From the NCBI GenBank assembly GCA_951406725.2, contig OX597820.1, positions 90,148,001 to 90,212,000 of the forward strand: DNA of 64,000 nt, written 5' to 3'. Shown piece by piece: positions 13,365 through 28,848 of the stretch (position 1 is the stretch's first letter; every line of letters begins with the position of its first letter). The DNA is from Octopus vulgaris (taxonomy: Eukaryota). The position numbers and the translations under genes were made by a program. Below the pieces are notes generated by a model. It saw nothing but the letters and a program-made list of their open reading frames with translations, made no database searches and had not been told where the DNA came from.

Positions 13365-14280
13365 AATGAATGATGTGTGTGCATGTTTGTGTGTGTATAT
13401 CTGTTCTATGTGATTTGTGTATTTGAATCATAGAAGAATATAGCTATAAATGTATTCATTTGAAGTCCCAGTATTCGCTTTTGTCTTTGTGTTTATTAAA
13501 GATGAAACAAATATATTATGTACTTTTGTTATTTGTTGATATTTAAATTAGAATTTCTTCAACTTAAAACTTTATGGAAACTCTCTGTTTGCCACCTAAT
13601 TTATAGGAAATTATAGCTTTGTTTTACTTTGTTTTTATTTTCTTACAGTTACATTTGTTATAGAGTCATTCAAACATGTAACCCAGCAATTAGCTCTGAC
13701 ATCTGCATTGACGCCTTTTATATGATTAAGCCTGTTTACTGTCAAACTCACTAATGAAGGCCTTAGGAACAACTTTTTGGATGACATCGGTTCTTTATTC
13801 TATAACGTATCATTCTGAAATATTTTGATAGAATGTAATATCTGAAAGAAAATGCAGACGCTAGACCAATTAGTTTCTATTTACTTGTAAGTGTTCTTTG
13901 ACAAAGACATACTGGCGACCTTTATAGATTTACTCATGTTTAAATTGGAGATAAAACATTGTCTTACAACAGGAATAATTTCATATTTGATTTAATGCAA
14001 AGTTTTCTATATCGGAAAATCTCGATCAGGTTTTATGTTATCCCATTGTAGAATACAATGATATAGTTTAATTCATTGAATTTTCTGTTTATCGATACTC
14101 TCATCCTTTTCTCTGATAATGTGAACCGAATGACATCGTATATATGCGCTTACATTTAGATGTTAACTCGCTCGACAATTGCGATATACGAATATGAAAC
14201 TTGAGTATTTGTGCATATCATATGATATTCAGAAAAAAAACATTAGCGAAGCAGGATTTAAAATCTTTCCTATCTTTCGC

Positions 14281-14680
14281 CTCCTCCTCCTCCACCACCT
14301 CCTATTCCTTCCTCCTCTTCCTCCGCCTCTTCTTCTTCTTCTTCTTCTTCTTCTTCTTCTTCTTCTTCTTCTTCTTCTTCTTCTTCTTCTCCACTTCGTT
14401 CTGCCCTCCTCCTAGCCACTTCTTGCCCTCCTCCTGCCCTCCTCCTCCTGCCCTCCTCCTCCTGCCCTCCTCCTCCTCCTCCTTCTCATCAACCTTCTTC
14501 TCATCATCATCAACTTCACCATCGTACGCCCCTCCCCCTCCTCCTACTCAGTATCATCATCAGCCGTAGTATCATTATCATGACCATTGTCATCGTCGTC
14601 GTCATCAAACGATATCATCATCATTATCGTCAGTTTCATTGTCGTTGTCGACATCGTCGTCATCGTGATCATCATTATTT
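14281..14680. repeat. (CCT)n/(CTT)n/(CAT)n trinucleotide low-complexity tract
   Basis: Directly visible; explains the poly-L and poly-F ORFs. Confidence 0.95.
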
Positions 14681-15114
14681 ATTCGAAGAATGAACATTGG
14701 TGCTCAAAGCGTGTACACCCTCTATTAGATTAATTAGATCAATGTAACTAATATGACACTTGTAGGAAAAACAATCAGTGCAGAGATTTCTTGATTTAAT
14801 GAATCTAGGAAGGAATAATTGTGTTATTATTGAGAATTTGTATAGGTGCGTCAGGGTAGGGGTTACAAATTGAATAGAATGCTGTGGCAGGATTCATGTG
14901 GTGCACAGCTTACCAGTTCAAGTGCTTTTTGAGTATTCGAAAGAATTTATGAGAAGACAGCAGAACACCTGTATTATAACTGTTTCTAATTAAGTCACAA
15001 AGTCAACAGTTTTGAGGAGATGTAAGTCGGTCACACCCGCTATATTTTAGCGGTTTGGGAGATATGAAAAGCAAAAGTGACAGCCATGGGACTTAATCTC
15101 AGAAAGTATTTGTG

Positions 15115-15500
15115 TGACCCCTTTCGGTCACGAATGACCATGGGATTACACCTAGAAAGTTACCCTCCGAGGCAGAAGTCTGGGCAAGCTTGTTTATGGA
15201 AGACCAGTCTGGGCAAGGTTGTTTATGGTATGCCCACGCATACCAGCCTCCCCTCTCCATGCCATCTATGTTATCCAAGGGAAAGGCAAAGGCCGATACA
15301 GCTTGGCACCAGTGATGTCACAGCTCATTTATTAACGTGCATGTGGCTGAGCACTCCACAGACACGTGTACCCTTAACATAGTTCTCAGGGAGACTCAGC
15401 GTGACACAGAGTGTGACAAGGCTGGCCCTTTGAAATACAGATACAACAGAAACAGGAAAAAAGTGTGAGAGAAAGTTGTGGTGAAAGAGTACAGCAAGGA
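15115..15500 (-). mobile_element. SINE family C tail joined to a related repeat
   Basis: gacccctttcggtca..atccaagggaaaggcaaaggccgatacagcttggcaccagtga matches 22541-22720. The downstream gtggctgagcactccacagac matches 53780. Confidence 0.75.
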
Positions 15501-15831
15501 AAATATTTTGACACAAATGAAGTTTTAATATTGAAGTGAAACTAACGGTATTTTTGAGTTCTTGAATGGTTTACAAACATCTTCCACGCTGCAATAGTTT
15601 TGTTTCAGTACACGATCTCGAATTAAGTTACTTGCTATGCAAGTACATCTCCGTAATTTTTTTAAATCACTGTAGATCACAGCAATGACCATCTCAGGCT
15701 CTCCAATATTTGAATTTCTAATCATAAACAATCGGGGGCAGGGAGTGGGATTGCAAAAGATTCATAATTTCTGAAATTTTCGTTTCTATAGCATATAAAT
15801 GCATTTATAGGGAAAATATTATTTTCTACTT

Positions 15832-16033
15832 TAGGTACAATGACCAATTTTTTTGAGGATGGAGCCAATCGATTAGATCGACTCCAGTACGCAACTCGTA
15901 CTTAATTTATCGATACCGAAAGAATGAAAGGCAAAGTCGATCTCGGCGGAATTTGAACTCAGAACGTAAAGACAGACGAAATACCGCTAAGAATTTCGCT
16001 CAGCGTGCTAACGTTTCTGCCAGCTTGCCGTCA
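15832..16033 (-). mobile_element. SINE family A
   Basis: gaatgaaaggcaaagtcgatctcggcggaatttgaactcagaacg..tttctgccagcttgccg. Confidence 0.88.
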
Positions 16034-19000
16034 TATGGGAAGAAAATATTGAAAAAACATGAATACATTCGAGATTGATTAAGAAACGAGGACGGCTGTC
16101 TTTAGTTGTGTTCGAAACAATAGCGAAATCGCCCTTAAATCACTTTTCCCACTGAAAATATTAAGAATTTTTTTCTACCGAATGTGTTAAAAGGTGGGGA
16201 AATTTTTCCCATAAATTTCTCCCATAAATTTCTTTATGATCGTAATCTATGACATTTGTAAGGGATTTGTATAAATTTTCATTAAAAGATACCTATCTTC
16301 TTGAAAGTTATGAGGGAAAAATTCAGATCATGGGAAATTTGTAAAATCCTCTTTCCACCCCTCGCAAACATTCTGTCAAAGAAATCCATAAATACTTTAA
16401 AACCACAACATCTAAACAGTAATTGTAGAAAAGTTTGTTAAGAAGTATCCATTTTTCTGGATATTATGAGGGAACAAAGTCGGGGGCGTGTACATCTGTA
16501 GTAATGTCGTTTTATTTATACAACTTTTTCATTTCATGTTTATTTCATTCATTGTTTGCAATAGTTTTCTCTCTCTCTCTCTCTCTCTCTCAGACACACA
16601 CACACACACACACACACATACACAACCTGCAAAACTTGCAGATGAGCTGCTGAATTGAAATCTCTATGTTGCTTTGATTGAAAGGTAAAATTTGACAAAC
16701 ATTTCTCCCTCTGTTGTTGGACTACAGTGATGTTTGTTTAAAAAAGAGATTACGATTGTGATAAAATAATGAAAGCAATATTTACTAAGCAAGTGAGCAG
16801 TGTTATACAAAGGAATAAGTAGACGTAAAATATAAAAATTATTAGAAATGGGAATCAAATGTGAAAATATTATGAAGGGGCCAACAGAAAGCCACCCGGA
16901 GGACGGTCTTTCTGCTTGTGTATACAATGTAGTGTTTTTGAAAATTACTTTCGATATCTGTCTTCGGTCAAACGATAGGCTCTGTCACAAGCAATTTCTC
17001 GTGTCGTAGTATGTAGAATCTATCACGGACGTAAAAAAAAAGAAATTGACTTTTTTATCCAAAGCTAGCAATAAACAAATAAATGATAAATAAATAAAAT
17101 AAAGTAAAGAAAGGAATTGGTCCATAATTGTTGTGTGACCAGGAAAAGCAAGTCTCCGATAGGATTGATTCTGTAGAAATTGTAATGATAGAGAGACAGA
17201 CTATGTCCAAGAGAAACTTCCTTAACCATAACGTAGCGAGTGCAAGTAAAAGTATTATGTAATTAATTTCTTGGAATTAAACGACCAGTGTAAGTAAATT
17301 GTGATAACTAAGACATAAAAATAATCCTGACACCTACTCATCTCTCTTCAAGTTAATTGCGTCTCTAAGATGTTTATGCAGCCATTATAGCATCATTAAA
17401 TAGTGATGAAGCGAACGCCATACACAAAAATTGTAGTTACTAGAAATTTTCTTGGGAAAAGAAGAAATAAAGTATAGCAGCAATTGTCAGCACCTCTTCC
17501 AGTAAGGGTTGATAATTTCAAAACATTAAGAATTAAGCTCTCAAATTTAATTTAGCTGTTTAGGGCAAAGTCTGACCTTTGATTGCAAGCAACAGTCAAA
17601 TATGGACACGTCTGAGTAATTAAATAGCAAAATACGCTAAAGATGCTAAAGAACAAGTGCCAATGGCATGAATAAATTTGGATAAATGCTAAGAAATGTC
17701 GAACAGAATGCTATTGGCAAAACATTTGGTTAATAGCAATTTTCCGACTAGTTAGGGAAAGGAAATTTAACGACGAGTGTTAGAGGCATTTAAATTAATG
17801 TAACACAATTGTTAGAAATTAAGAATTACCAATTCATTGAAATTCCCTGGTATCATCGTAGATTACAAATAGGAAGTAAATAATTGAAAACCAGTTTTAA
17901 ACATTGAAAACTTACATAAAAACAGAACATGCCCTTATTCTAGTTGTGAAACGACATGCCTTCTAAACAACGTCATAAAGTTCGACAATAAATCTTTGTC
18001 AAAGAAAACAAAAGTAAACAGCAGGTAATTAGTGTGACGTCGACATAAATTCACAAATATTAATTGTATCAAAGTATTTCATAAATTATAAATTACAGAG
18101 AATAGAACTAATGCCCTAAGATCTCTTTCCGTGGTATTCATTCGTTAGTTTCAGAGAAAACATCCTTAATCGTTTAAAAGTTATCAATGCAGATGTCTCA
18201 GCTAGTTCTTTCTGTTTATCAGGTATAGTCAGCCCCATATAGTTCACAAATGGAAAAGATTTTTGCATTTAGAAAATACGATGCAATAAATTTTGTCCCG
18301 TCTTATTTGCATAATTTAAAGTAAGCACATATCATAATGGAATCTTTTAATCATTGATGAAGGTATTCATAAATAATTTTAAGCGCTAACAACTGAATGC
18401 CATGTAGAAATATTAGAATAACAAAGCATTTATTCCAAATTTTTAGCGATTGTAAATCTAATAAACATTTGCTCATCGGTGCCATACATAATTTGGATAC
18501 ACGGTGTGTAGTATGATTTATGGAACGCCTTGTGTAAGAAAAAATACAACCAATTATATTTTTTAATTGTCAAATTTATACACGTCAAAATTGATTTCTA
18601 ATTGTTTTCCATAAGAGGAATTCTTTGTTACTTAGGCAAACTGGCTCAAGTAGAAAATGCTAATGAAATCTAATACAGTGACAAGCATCTTTGTTTTACT
18701 CTCTTAATCACAACCAAAGACCACTCCTCCTAAGCATCCAAAATAGTTTTAAGAGATCAACTCCTAATTTCTTGAAGCCGCTTGTCTTCTTTGCGGAGTC
18801 GCTAACAATGGTTTCTCTTTTTACGTGTTCTTTTTCTAATGATGAACGAACTTCCAGTTAAAGAAAACGTTTGTATAAAGTATATACTGTATCATCTTTA
18901 GCTCCAAATATAACAATTGCCGCTTTTTAATCAATTCTCATATAACTCACGATTTTAACTTTGCAAATAATACAGGCACAACTTATTCATATTTTATACA

Positions 19001-21282
19001 GTTCATGTAAAAATGTTGGCTATCAGATCAATAAGGCTTTTCTAAAGGTAATCTGTTTATAAGCTCATATTTTCCAATAAGCCAGTAAATGAACTATCAA
19101 AGAATGTCGAAATTTCTTGACATTACCACCCCTTGTCTTGGAGAATTTCAAATAAAAAGATGCAAGATATTAATTTTTTCCCTCCAATTAATAATGAATT
19201 GACAGTTAATGAATTAGGTGTTCGACATCCAAATCCGTGCCATTAGTTCACAGTATCATATGTTTTTTACCTGCATACCAACACGAATTCCATAGGAACG
19301 ATCTGTATATTGTATATCCACATATTGTAGACATACAGGGTTGTGTGAATATTGAAACTAATAAAATCGTGTGATGAAAACACAGAGGAGAGGAGGGGGA
19401 AAATAAATATTACAAGTTATTTAATCTGATTTTCTACTGTTTTTAACAACTCACCACATATTGCAACATAATATTATTGTAAGAATATAGAAACAAATAT
19501 TGGTTTTGTATTTTATTTATTCATTTATATATTTAGTGTGATATTTTATTTAATTGTTAAGTGAAAATTGAAATGTCTGATTTTGATTGTTTTGAAAACA
19601 GGTTCCAACGCCTTATGACTTTAGAAACAGCGCATGCTAATAATACTGAATTTCAACATTAAAATATTGCCGCTTTAATTAAAAGTTTCTCCTCAGACCT
19701 TTCAAAGGAGTCGATCTGTCAGTGACGTTAAAATGTTGATGGCTTTTACGCATTTTATCACTTTGTATATTTTTATTTTATTTCTAAATAAAATCAAAAA
19801 TATATGTTAAAAATAAAGATATTTAAAAATTCAATTTTTATTGCAACAATACTGCAAGTTAATTTTATAGCTTAAGGAGCACATCAGAATCTCATGTGGG
19901 TTTTGTTGTAAGTGGAAATGGTAGCCATATATGACGTTTATAACAGTGTTTAGAAAAGGTGGGAGGTGTTTAATTGTATTGTCTACAACATTGATTAAGT
20001 AGAATATAGAAGACGGTACGCAATAAAATGATTTAAAATGAGAGCTGTAATGAGAACAATCTTAGCTGAATGGTTAAATGTTTCGCTTCATGATATCATA
20101 AATTCTAGTTCGACCACAAATCACAAATATTTCGGCAAGTACATTTTACCTGGTTAGTGAGTTAGTCAACGTTTGCGATGAAAATTTGATTGACGTGAGA
20201 TCATCGTATAAAAAAAGTCACTGACATAGGAATGCGTTGTGGCGTTCGTGCACTATTGTCACATATTATGTTATCTCATTGTGCACTGCACATGTTCGTG
20301 TCTTACGAGGGCGAATGTTTGAAGACCTGACAAAATACTAATATCTGTATAATTAACTAAAGAGTCAAGAAAGCATTGCCTCAGAATGGTTCGTGACGCA
20401 GTGACTGAAACTATTAGAAGACAAGGAGAAGCCGATACATAACCACCAACAATGTTAATGATTATATATTTCTGGCAAGGTATTGTGGTGATAAGTATGT
20501 AACAAATAGTTGGATATCTGTCGATTTCGTCAATGAGAAATCACATGGCCAATTGACTGATTAAACGTCGTAATGAATGAGAGTAGAGGTAGCTGAACAC
20601 ACAACATACACTCGTAGCATTGACGTAATCTTCAGTTGGAATCAGCGTGGAGGTAATTTGAATAAATAGTTAGCCATGAAAATCATTAAGTATATTGTCA
20701 GGATAGGAGAGGTGAAAGGAAAGTTTAGGGAAAGTCAAAGCAACGAATTCGAAAAGTTAACAGAGTGTCGGAAGAAATGCCTGGTCGTATACCCTCGGAC
20801 TCTCTGATCATTTCACCGAATCCAGCTTCACCTTTAATTATTGTGTGGTGGCAAAACATGCAAAACTAGGGTGTATGATTGAGAGGAGCAGTATGAACTT
20901 CGGATCGATTGAATTGCATTAAATATATTCTCTGTGAGATCAAATCCCATCATCTACTTAGGTAGGAGTCTTACTCCTCGGTCAGGTTTAAAAATACCAC
21001 TTGATATGCTGGAGATATTTAGGGAAGTCAAAACTATCTTCGGTCTGACTACTTCTTACGCTCCCCCGGGAACTTTAATAGACACTAATTTCCTTACCAA
21101 AAATAAGAAGAAAGTAATGAAGAGGGATATTTAGAGTAAACAGGTCGCTATCTTTCTAGAAATGATCTTTCCATGATTTACGTATCTCGAAAATGGACTG
21201 AAATGCAGTAATTATTTTTTTTAATTTCAAGAGAAGGTTGATGTATATAATGGGAATTATATGAAAGAGTATTCAAGGACAA

Positions 21283-21343
<61 letters not shown>

Positions 21344-21632
21344 TCTGCGCTTGCGTGTGTGTTTGTGTGTGTGTGTGTGCTGTGTTTGTGTGTGTGTTTT
21401 ATGTAAAGGAAAATAAAAACGGTTAGAAAACTTTGGAAAAAGCAATGAAAATATAAATATTAGACTAATTAGTTTAAATGAACAAATGCACTACCTATAA
21501 CAAACAAGGTACTAGCTAATAGTAGGAAAATAATGTAACAACTACAATGCTTATATAAGAATTATTACGAAATTGCATGATATAAATGTTCATAAATGTG
21601 TTTAAAGATTGAATCTGAGATACTACCGATGT

Positions 21633-21674
<42 letters not shown>

Positions 21675-22540
21675 GAGTATTAAAAATTATAAACTGCATA
21701 ATGCATAAACAAATGGGATTATGTCAAAAGTATTGATGTTAAATTAATTTATTTTAAATATATTTTAAAAAATACCCACATATATATGCCATAATTATAG
21801 AAATTTAAAGCCGATATATGGAAGGCCAACTCATCAAAGATCAGTCGCTAGTATTCCGTAATTCATTACAACCTACAGATTTTAGTCAACTCAGGGTTAT
21901 CTCTCTTTAGTGTCCCCCATTGTAGAAGGAATAGCAAAACAGAAATGCATATAGCCGTCTAATAATGATCTGATAATAATACATTTAATGTAATATTCGT
22001 CATGGCAGAGAGGTAAAATATGGCTGTATGAAGGATGTTGTTATCTGCGTGTATTAGCAGATTTGCCTCAGTTTGAGCTGGTTGAAATATGCTATTATTT
22101 GTCAGATATTATTGACAAGAGAGTAGAATGGTTTTATGGTATTTTTATTTCCTAGTTTGTGGAGTCAGAGGTCAGATGGGAACTATTTACTAATGGAGCT
22201 ACATCTACTAATAGTTTAGAAGTGCATCGAATATTAGTTCGCATGGTAGATAATGAATTATTATATATATCCTTTCCTTTCTATTTTTTGGTTGTAACGT
22301 AGACCTGTTTATAACTATCTATGTCGTATGCATTTGTGGCATGCAGGGTCGTGGTGACTTGTTTCGAGCATAACTTTGAAGCAAACCTAGAACAGATGAT
22401 TTTAATTGTGGAATTGAAACTGAGAACACACTTGCGCATACATATATGCTTGTATATAATTGTATATGTATGTATCTTTCTGTCTGTCTGTCTCTCCTAT
22501 ATATATCACATATGTATATATGTATGTGTATATATGCTGA

Positions 22541-22863
22541 GACCCCCTTCGGTCATCACTGACCGTGGGTTTGCACCTATAAAGTTACCCTTCCACGCAC
22601 AAGTCCGGGCAAGGTTGTATATGTAAGATCAGCAGTCGCTGATGCATACCAGCCTTCCCTCTCCACGCCACCAGTGGTATCCAAGGGAAAGGCAACAGCA
22701 GATACAGCTTGGCACCAGTGACGTCGCAACTCATCTCTACAGCTGAGTGAACTGGAGCAACGTGAAATAAAGTGTCTTGCTCAAGAACACAACGGCAGCC
22801 CTGTCCGCGATTCGAACTCGTAACCTCACGATTGAAAGCTCGACGCTCTAACCACTGAGCCAT
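22541..22863 (-). mobile_element. SINE family C, near full length
   Basis: Minus-strand head atggctcagtggttagagcgtcgag..gagttcgaatc contains A and B boxes; body shared with 9143-9465. Confidence 0.9.
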
Positions 22864-22889
22864 ATATATTTATATATATTGGTGTGCAT

Positions 22890-23142
22890 ATGAGTGGGTG
22901 TGTGGTATGAAGCTTGCAGTTCAACCACATGGTTCCGGTTTCATTCCAACTGTGTGGTATCTTGGGCAAGTGTCTTCTACTATAGCCTCGCTATAATGTT
23001 GCTATGTTTACGTCCCCATGATTTATCGAATCGGAAAAAGTAACCGATAGAATAAATACTAAGCTTACAAACAGTAAGTCCTGGAGTCGACTTGTTTGGT
23101 CTAACATCGCTGCACTCAAATGACAAACAAGTAAAAGGAAAA
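22890..23142 (+). mobile_element. SINE family B, internally deleted
   Basis: caaccacatggttccgg..cttgggcaagtgtcttctactatagcctcg joined to tail sequence. Confidence 0.8.
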
Positions 23143-23143
23143 A

Positions 23144-23235
<92 letters not shown>

Positions 23236-24037
23236 GAACAATAATTTAAAAGCTCATAAACCTATAAATAATACCATATACATATTGGGTTGGAAAACCC
23301 TTTCGAATACTTAACGTTCGCTATAATGTGGGCCCATAATCAGTGACATATGTGATGTAGAACGGGGCCACCACAAATAGACGTTTTCAAATGTATTCAC
23401 AAAACTTTCTCCGTGGCTATACTATTTGAAACGGCCATAATAGTATGCGTTTCATTTTTATGATAGAAGCAATGGTTGCTTTTTAGCCCTAGGGTACACT
23501 GAGTTCAATGCATACGAGTTGTAACTATCTGTTCGCTTACAGATAATTTAGAGCTTTATCAGGAGTGTTGGGTGTAACTGAAACAAAACGTAACTGTCAC
23601 TTGTAGCAAGTCAGGCGATGCCGTTGAGACAGACTTGATGAGAGAAGTACGTGTGATGTGTATGATATACATTTTCATATAAATATAATATTTTCTATTC
23701 CTGTGTTATAAACGTAGAAAGACGATTATAAGTTTTCCACCAAACATTTTCTCCCCTAAAATGATTGAATTTACAGAATTATATAAATGCTACTTTTGGT
23801 ATTGAAATCCGCTTTAGTAGCTATACTATTTATTTAATATTAGTTATATCCATGAGTTCTATGTTTTCGCTGAGATCTAATTTGCAAGTTAATTTACTAT
23901 ATCAAAAATTGCACTGAAATATATTATTACATGTGTTAGTTAGTTATAACATAATATAAAACGAAAATACCTACTTAGTATATCAACAAATCGTTAAGTA
24001 CTTCTCTACTAATTCTCATATATATATATATATAAAT

Positions 24038-24087
<50 letters not shown>

Positions 24088-24115
24088 GTTTATATATATA
24101 TATATATATATAAAT

Positions 24116-24183
<68 letters not shown>

Positions 24184-24324
24184 GTAAGGATGTATGTGTA
24201 TATATGTGTGAATGTGTGTGTGTGTGTATGCATGATGATTAATGTTGAAAATATCTTAGCGCTTTCCCGTGTTAACTAGTTGTTGCTTTAAATTTATCAC
24301 CTTAATATTCCATGCTAATTTAAA

Positions 24325-24766
24325 ACGACGATGTAGCAGAACAGTTGTCACACCGAGCCAAACGCTTAGCGGCAAATACTTAGCCGTCTTTCCATTCTGA
24401 GTTCAAATTTCGCCGAGATCGACCTCGTCTTCCATCCTTTCTTAGTGGATTAAGTAAGTACCAGCTTCGAGCTCAGGACTAGAATTCATGTAATTGACTT
24501 AGCCCCTGGTCGAAATTGCTGGCCTTGTGCTAAAAATTTGAAACTAATTTCAGGCGGTGAGCTGGCAGATTCGTTAGCATGACGCGCAAAAGGCTTAGCG
24601 GCATTTCGTCCATCTTTCCGTTCTTAGTTCAAATTCCACCGAGGTCGACATTGCCTTTTATTCTTTAAGGGTTCATAAAATAAGTTCTAGTTGAGCACTG
24701 GGGTCGATATTATCGCTTTATCACCTTCTCCGAAATTACTGACCTTGTACCAAAATTTTAAACCAA
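24325..24766 (+). mobile_element. Two tandem SINE family A copies
   Basis: Head ggcggtgagctggcagattcgttagc at about 24553, with an older copy immediately upstream; both have gttcaaatt..ccgag.tcgac. Confidence 0.85.
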
Positions 24767-25954
24767 TATGTAATAATTATTTAAATGTTGGCGTGATTTC
24801 CTCTTAGCTGCAAAAGATCGATACATATCCAGTTATAATTATATAAACTAATAATGACCTGTGATTAATAATACCATGTACAAATCTATGCAGACAGTAT
24901 AATGAGACAACAGACATTGTTTTTGTCTACTGTTGTTTTGCACGGCAATATAAGCTAAGGTCTTACAGTCTCACGATCAAGTAGGCAAATTATTATAATG
25001 GGAAATGTGGTGACACGTCAACATTTAAACAGATATGATATGATATCAATATATACCATAATGGCATTCTTCGTACAATCATTGGTAACATGCATGTAGG
25101 AAGGAAAAGCAGATGCAGGTAAGCACACGAGATATAACTATTAACAAGCGGCACAAATGCCTCTGTACCGTGATAAACCTGAAAAAGATCGATGCATGAC
25201 TTTATACTGCAAACTACACAGCACATTTTTCTAACATTATCTACCAAATTTTACAACACAACACATATGTTACTCAATATCACCATTAATATAACATAGC
25301 CTCAAAATACAATAGCACATACTCTAAACCATTCGTTCTCATGTGTTAGTTTACTTCATTGCACAATAAAGATAAACGCCATGGGGTAAAAATTCTGTAA
25401 AAATACGGAATAATTAGTATTTATTTTTATCTATATACTGTACCTAATGTTGAAAAGCTAGAACACTTTCCTTATAAACATATTGAGTTACTTGTCAATA
25501 AGAGGAATGTTCCTTAACGTAAACCGCAGCTTTCGGTTTTTCAATTAAGCATATATGTTAAGTATGTTATATTCATAAAGTATTTACTACAGAGCTGCTT
25601 CTATTGCATAATTAGAAGATTATTTAATATGTTTTATTTAGCATAGTAGTGGCTAGGAAACTTAAGAATAACATTTTTGCTGACGCTCAAACTTTTATCT
25701 AGACAAAAAATATCTGCAGTAAATTTGGGTACCCACTTCTAGCATAACATTTCAGAAATGGTCTAAATAACCATAATTCATTATTATAGCACAACCTATA
25801 AGACATCAGATCCCAAACACAATTATCCAATATGAAAATCCAATAACCACAACACCTTATAAATAGTTGCTACCCAGTAATATATCACAGTCAGTTTCTT
25901 TATACACCCATCATTCAATGATATATGGCCACAATACGAGCCCCAAACGATTGA

Positions 25955-26349
25955 TTTCAAATTTTGGCACAAATCCAGCAATTTCGGGGCATTGGGTAAG
26001 TCGATTACGTCAACCTCAGTACTTAACAGGTACTATTTTATCGACCCCGAAAGGTTGAAAACCGAAGTCGGCCTCGGTGGAATTTTACTCAAAACATGAA
26101 GACAGACAAAATACATATGTCTTTACTACGCACAAGGAGCTAAACACAGAGAGGACAGACAAGAACAGACAGACGGATTAAGTCGATTATATCGACACAA
26201 GTGCGTAACTGGTACTTATTTAATCGACCCCGCAAGGATGAAAGGCAAAGTCGACCTCGGCAGAATTTGAACTCAGAACGTAGCGGCAGACGAAATACCA
26301 CTAAGCACTTCGCCCGGCGCGCTAACGTGTCTACCAGCTCGCCGCCTTT
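25955..26349 (-). mobile_element. Two adjacent SINE family A copies
   Basis: Repeated gtcg.cctcgg.ggaattt.actca; the head ends at ccagctcgccgcct (26349). Confidence 0.87.
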
Positions 26350-26724
26350 ACGCGCCCTAAATTATTGCCATAACTTCTTTTCTCGAAACATAAATAATAC
26401 CATCCATCACAACACAGGATGTTTACGTCTTCAGAAATTAAGTTTGCAAGATCTGTGATCACTTGAGTGTAAACAGCATCGACATCATACTAACGAATAG
26501 AGCTGACCTGCACATTCGAAATCTCTCCTAGAAATAGCAGCCATATAAAACGACACGTATATATTTTGTCATTCACGTTGTAGTAGCGGGTTGCCTTTGT
26601 GCTCCATTACCTAGCTTGGTAACTATGGATATTGTTATGTGAGGCGTTGATGGTGATTTCGTTGCTAGTATGGTGTGTGAGGACGTTGAAGGTTACAGTG
26701 ACGACTATGTGCTGTATGGGGATA

Positions 26725-27105
26725 CTCTTTTACTTCTTTCAGTCATTTGAATGCGGCCATGCTGGAGCACTGCCTTTAGTCGAGCAAATCGACCCGAGGA
26801 CTTATTCTTTGTAAGCCTAGTACTTGTTCTCTCAGTCCCTTTTACCGAACCACTAAGTTACGGGAACGTAAACAAACCAGCATCGGCTGTCAAGTGATGT
26901 TGGGGGACAAACACACACACATATAAATATTCATATACATATATACGACGGGCTTCTTTCTGTTTCCGTCTACCAAATCGACTCACAAGGTTTTGGTCAG
27001 CCCGAGGCTATAGTAGAAAACACTTGCCCAAGGTGCCACGCAGTGGGACTGAACCTGGGAACATGTGGCTGGTAAGGAAGCTTCTTACCATACAGTCACT
27101 CCTGT
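26725..27105 (-). mobile_element. SINE family B, full length with internal CA/TA repeat
   Basis: cagtcatttgaatgcggccatgctggagcac..cacttgcccaaggtgccacgcagtgggactgaacc..ccatacagtcactcctg. Confidence 0.9.
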
Positions 27106-28503
27106 TTCGTGTGGTGATGATCGTGTACACTTTATCTTGTGTGAGATTTTTTTTTGTAATTACGTATACTGTGCTTCGAGGAAGTTTGCTGATGATGTGT
27201 AAACTGGTAGTCTGGAATGTTTGTTGTGATTGTGTAGGCTGTGATTTCTGTGTAAATATTGTGTAGGTTGTTTTGCGTGGGTAGAGATCACATAGACTAT
27301 ACTTGTTATGAATTGCTGGTCACCGTGGAGTCTACATATTGTGTAGGTTAACATTGATCCTGCATGCTATAATTTTCACTTGTGACTGTGTTTCCTACTT
27401 GTGTAGATTATGTTAACGTTCACCGAAGTCCCCAATGATCAAGTCTCTATTTGCTGCCAAATCGTCGAGAAATAATGTCCTTCACATTTAAACACGGTAG
27501 TACACATCGGATGATATACAGTGCGGATGGCCATGTACGGAATATCTTTGATCATAAAAAATATTGTATACATAAACGAGAAAATACACAACAAACCTTA
27601 CTACGCTAGGCTCATTCTGCATCAGTTTCATACCATAACACACATAATTATCATATTTGCACAGCTGACGCAACATATTCTCCATAATTACCACACAATA
27701 CGCCAAGACAACCCACATCGAACATACATAATCACTGTCTAATACTATAGACGCATCGCACACTCTGACATATCTTAAACCTGTTAGTATAAAATAAAAG
27801 CAATCACGGCCATGCAGTTTTACATCTCATACTTTATACAATTGGTATGAAAACAGTATAAAACAACCGAACGGACACAATGGAAAGAACATTTACTCTA
27901 TAAAATAACCATCCGACACTGTACTATAACAGTCACTAAAAGTCAGACAACACGTCTGAAATAAACGCAATGCAGCAACAAAAAAGAAACACGGCTTAAA
28001 TTGCATATAATGTACTATAGCTAAAAATGAAACGAATTATTAAAAGAAACTAGGAGACCGATCGTAAGGAAAGCAAAACAGATGCGGCATACAAACACAT
28101 TAAATCCCACATTGTCAAAACAGAATACTGTACATAAGCCTCAGGGACACGATTGTGCACGTGGTGTCAAGTAGAGTGAGGGAACTCCAAAATTTGACAT
28201 ATTTAATAACAACAAAAATAACAACAACCGAAGCGTGCTTTGTTCAGGCATTATATGCAGTATTAGAGGTGAAGGTGAAATGTCATTCATTATTTAATAA
28301 TAGTGATGTAAATTCCACTTTTTCTTCAACGTTCCTGTGGTCAGTTTCAAGATATTCTACTGAGAGCTATTTACTATCTTTAATTTTAATAAAATCGTCT
28401 TAGTTTGCAGTATGCTACATCACAATATGTCAGGTGAATCAAATTAGCTTTGTCATAATTTTGATGCCTCAGGACTTTCGTCAGCAGACATTGTAACTAA
28501 TTA

Positions 28504-28629
<126 letters not shown>

Positions 28630-28677
28630 GTATGTGTGTATGTATACATGCATTTATATCTACAGCTACACACACAC

Positions 28678-28848
28678 AGGCGCAAGCATGTCGGTATAGA
28701 AGAAGTTTGCTTCCCAACCACATGGTTTCGTGTTCGCTTCCACAATGCGAAAGATTGGTCCACTGTATTCTGTCTTGTACTCTATCCTCAGAATTACTAA
28801 AGCGTTGTGAGTGATTTGGTAGAGAGAAACTGAAACACGCCCATCACA
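28678..28848 (+). mobile_element. SINE family B, 5' half
   Basis: ggcgcaagcatg..ttcccaaccacatggtt..ttgtgagtgatttggtagagagaaactgaa. Confidence 0.75.

Noticed and set aside
16160-16390. Weak inverted symmetry suggesting a MITE
   Set aside because: Arms too degenerate to define termini or a target-site duplication.
26560-27790. Possible LINE endonuclease debris (minus-strand DLIIGDF at about 27430-27455)
   Set aside because: A single short motif in heavily decayed sequence; cannot be classified or delimited.
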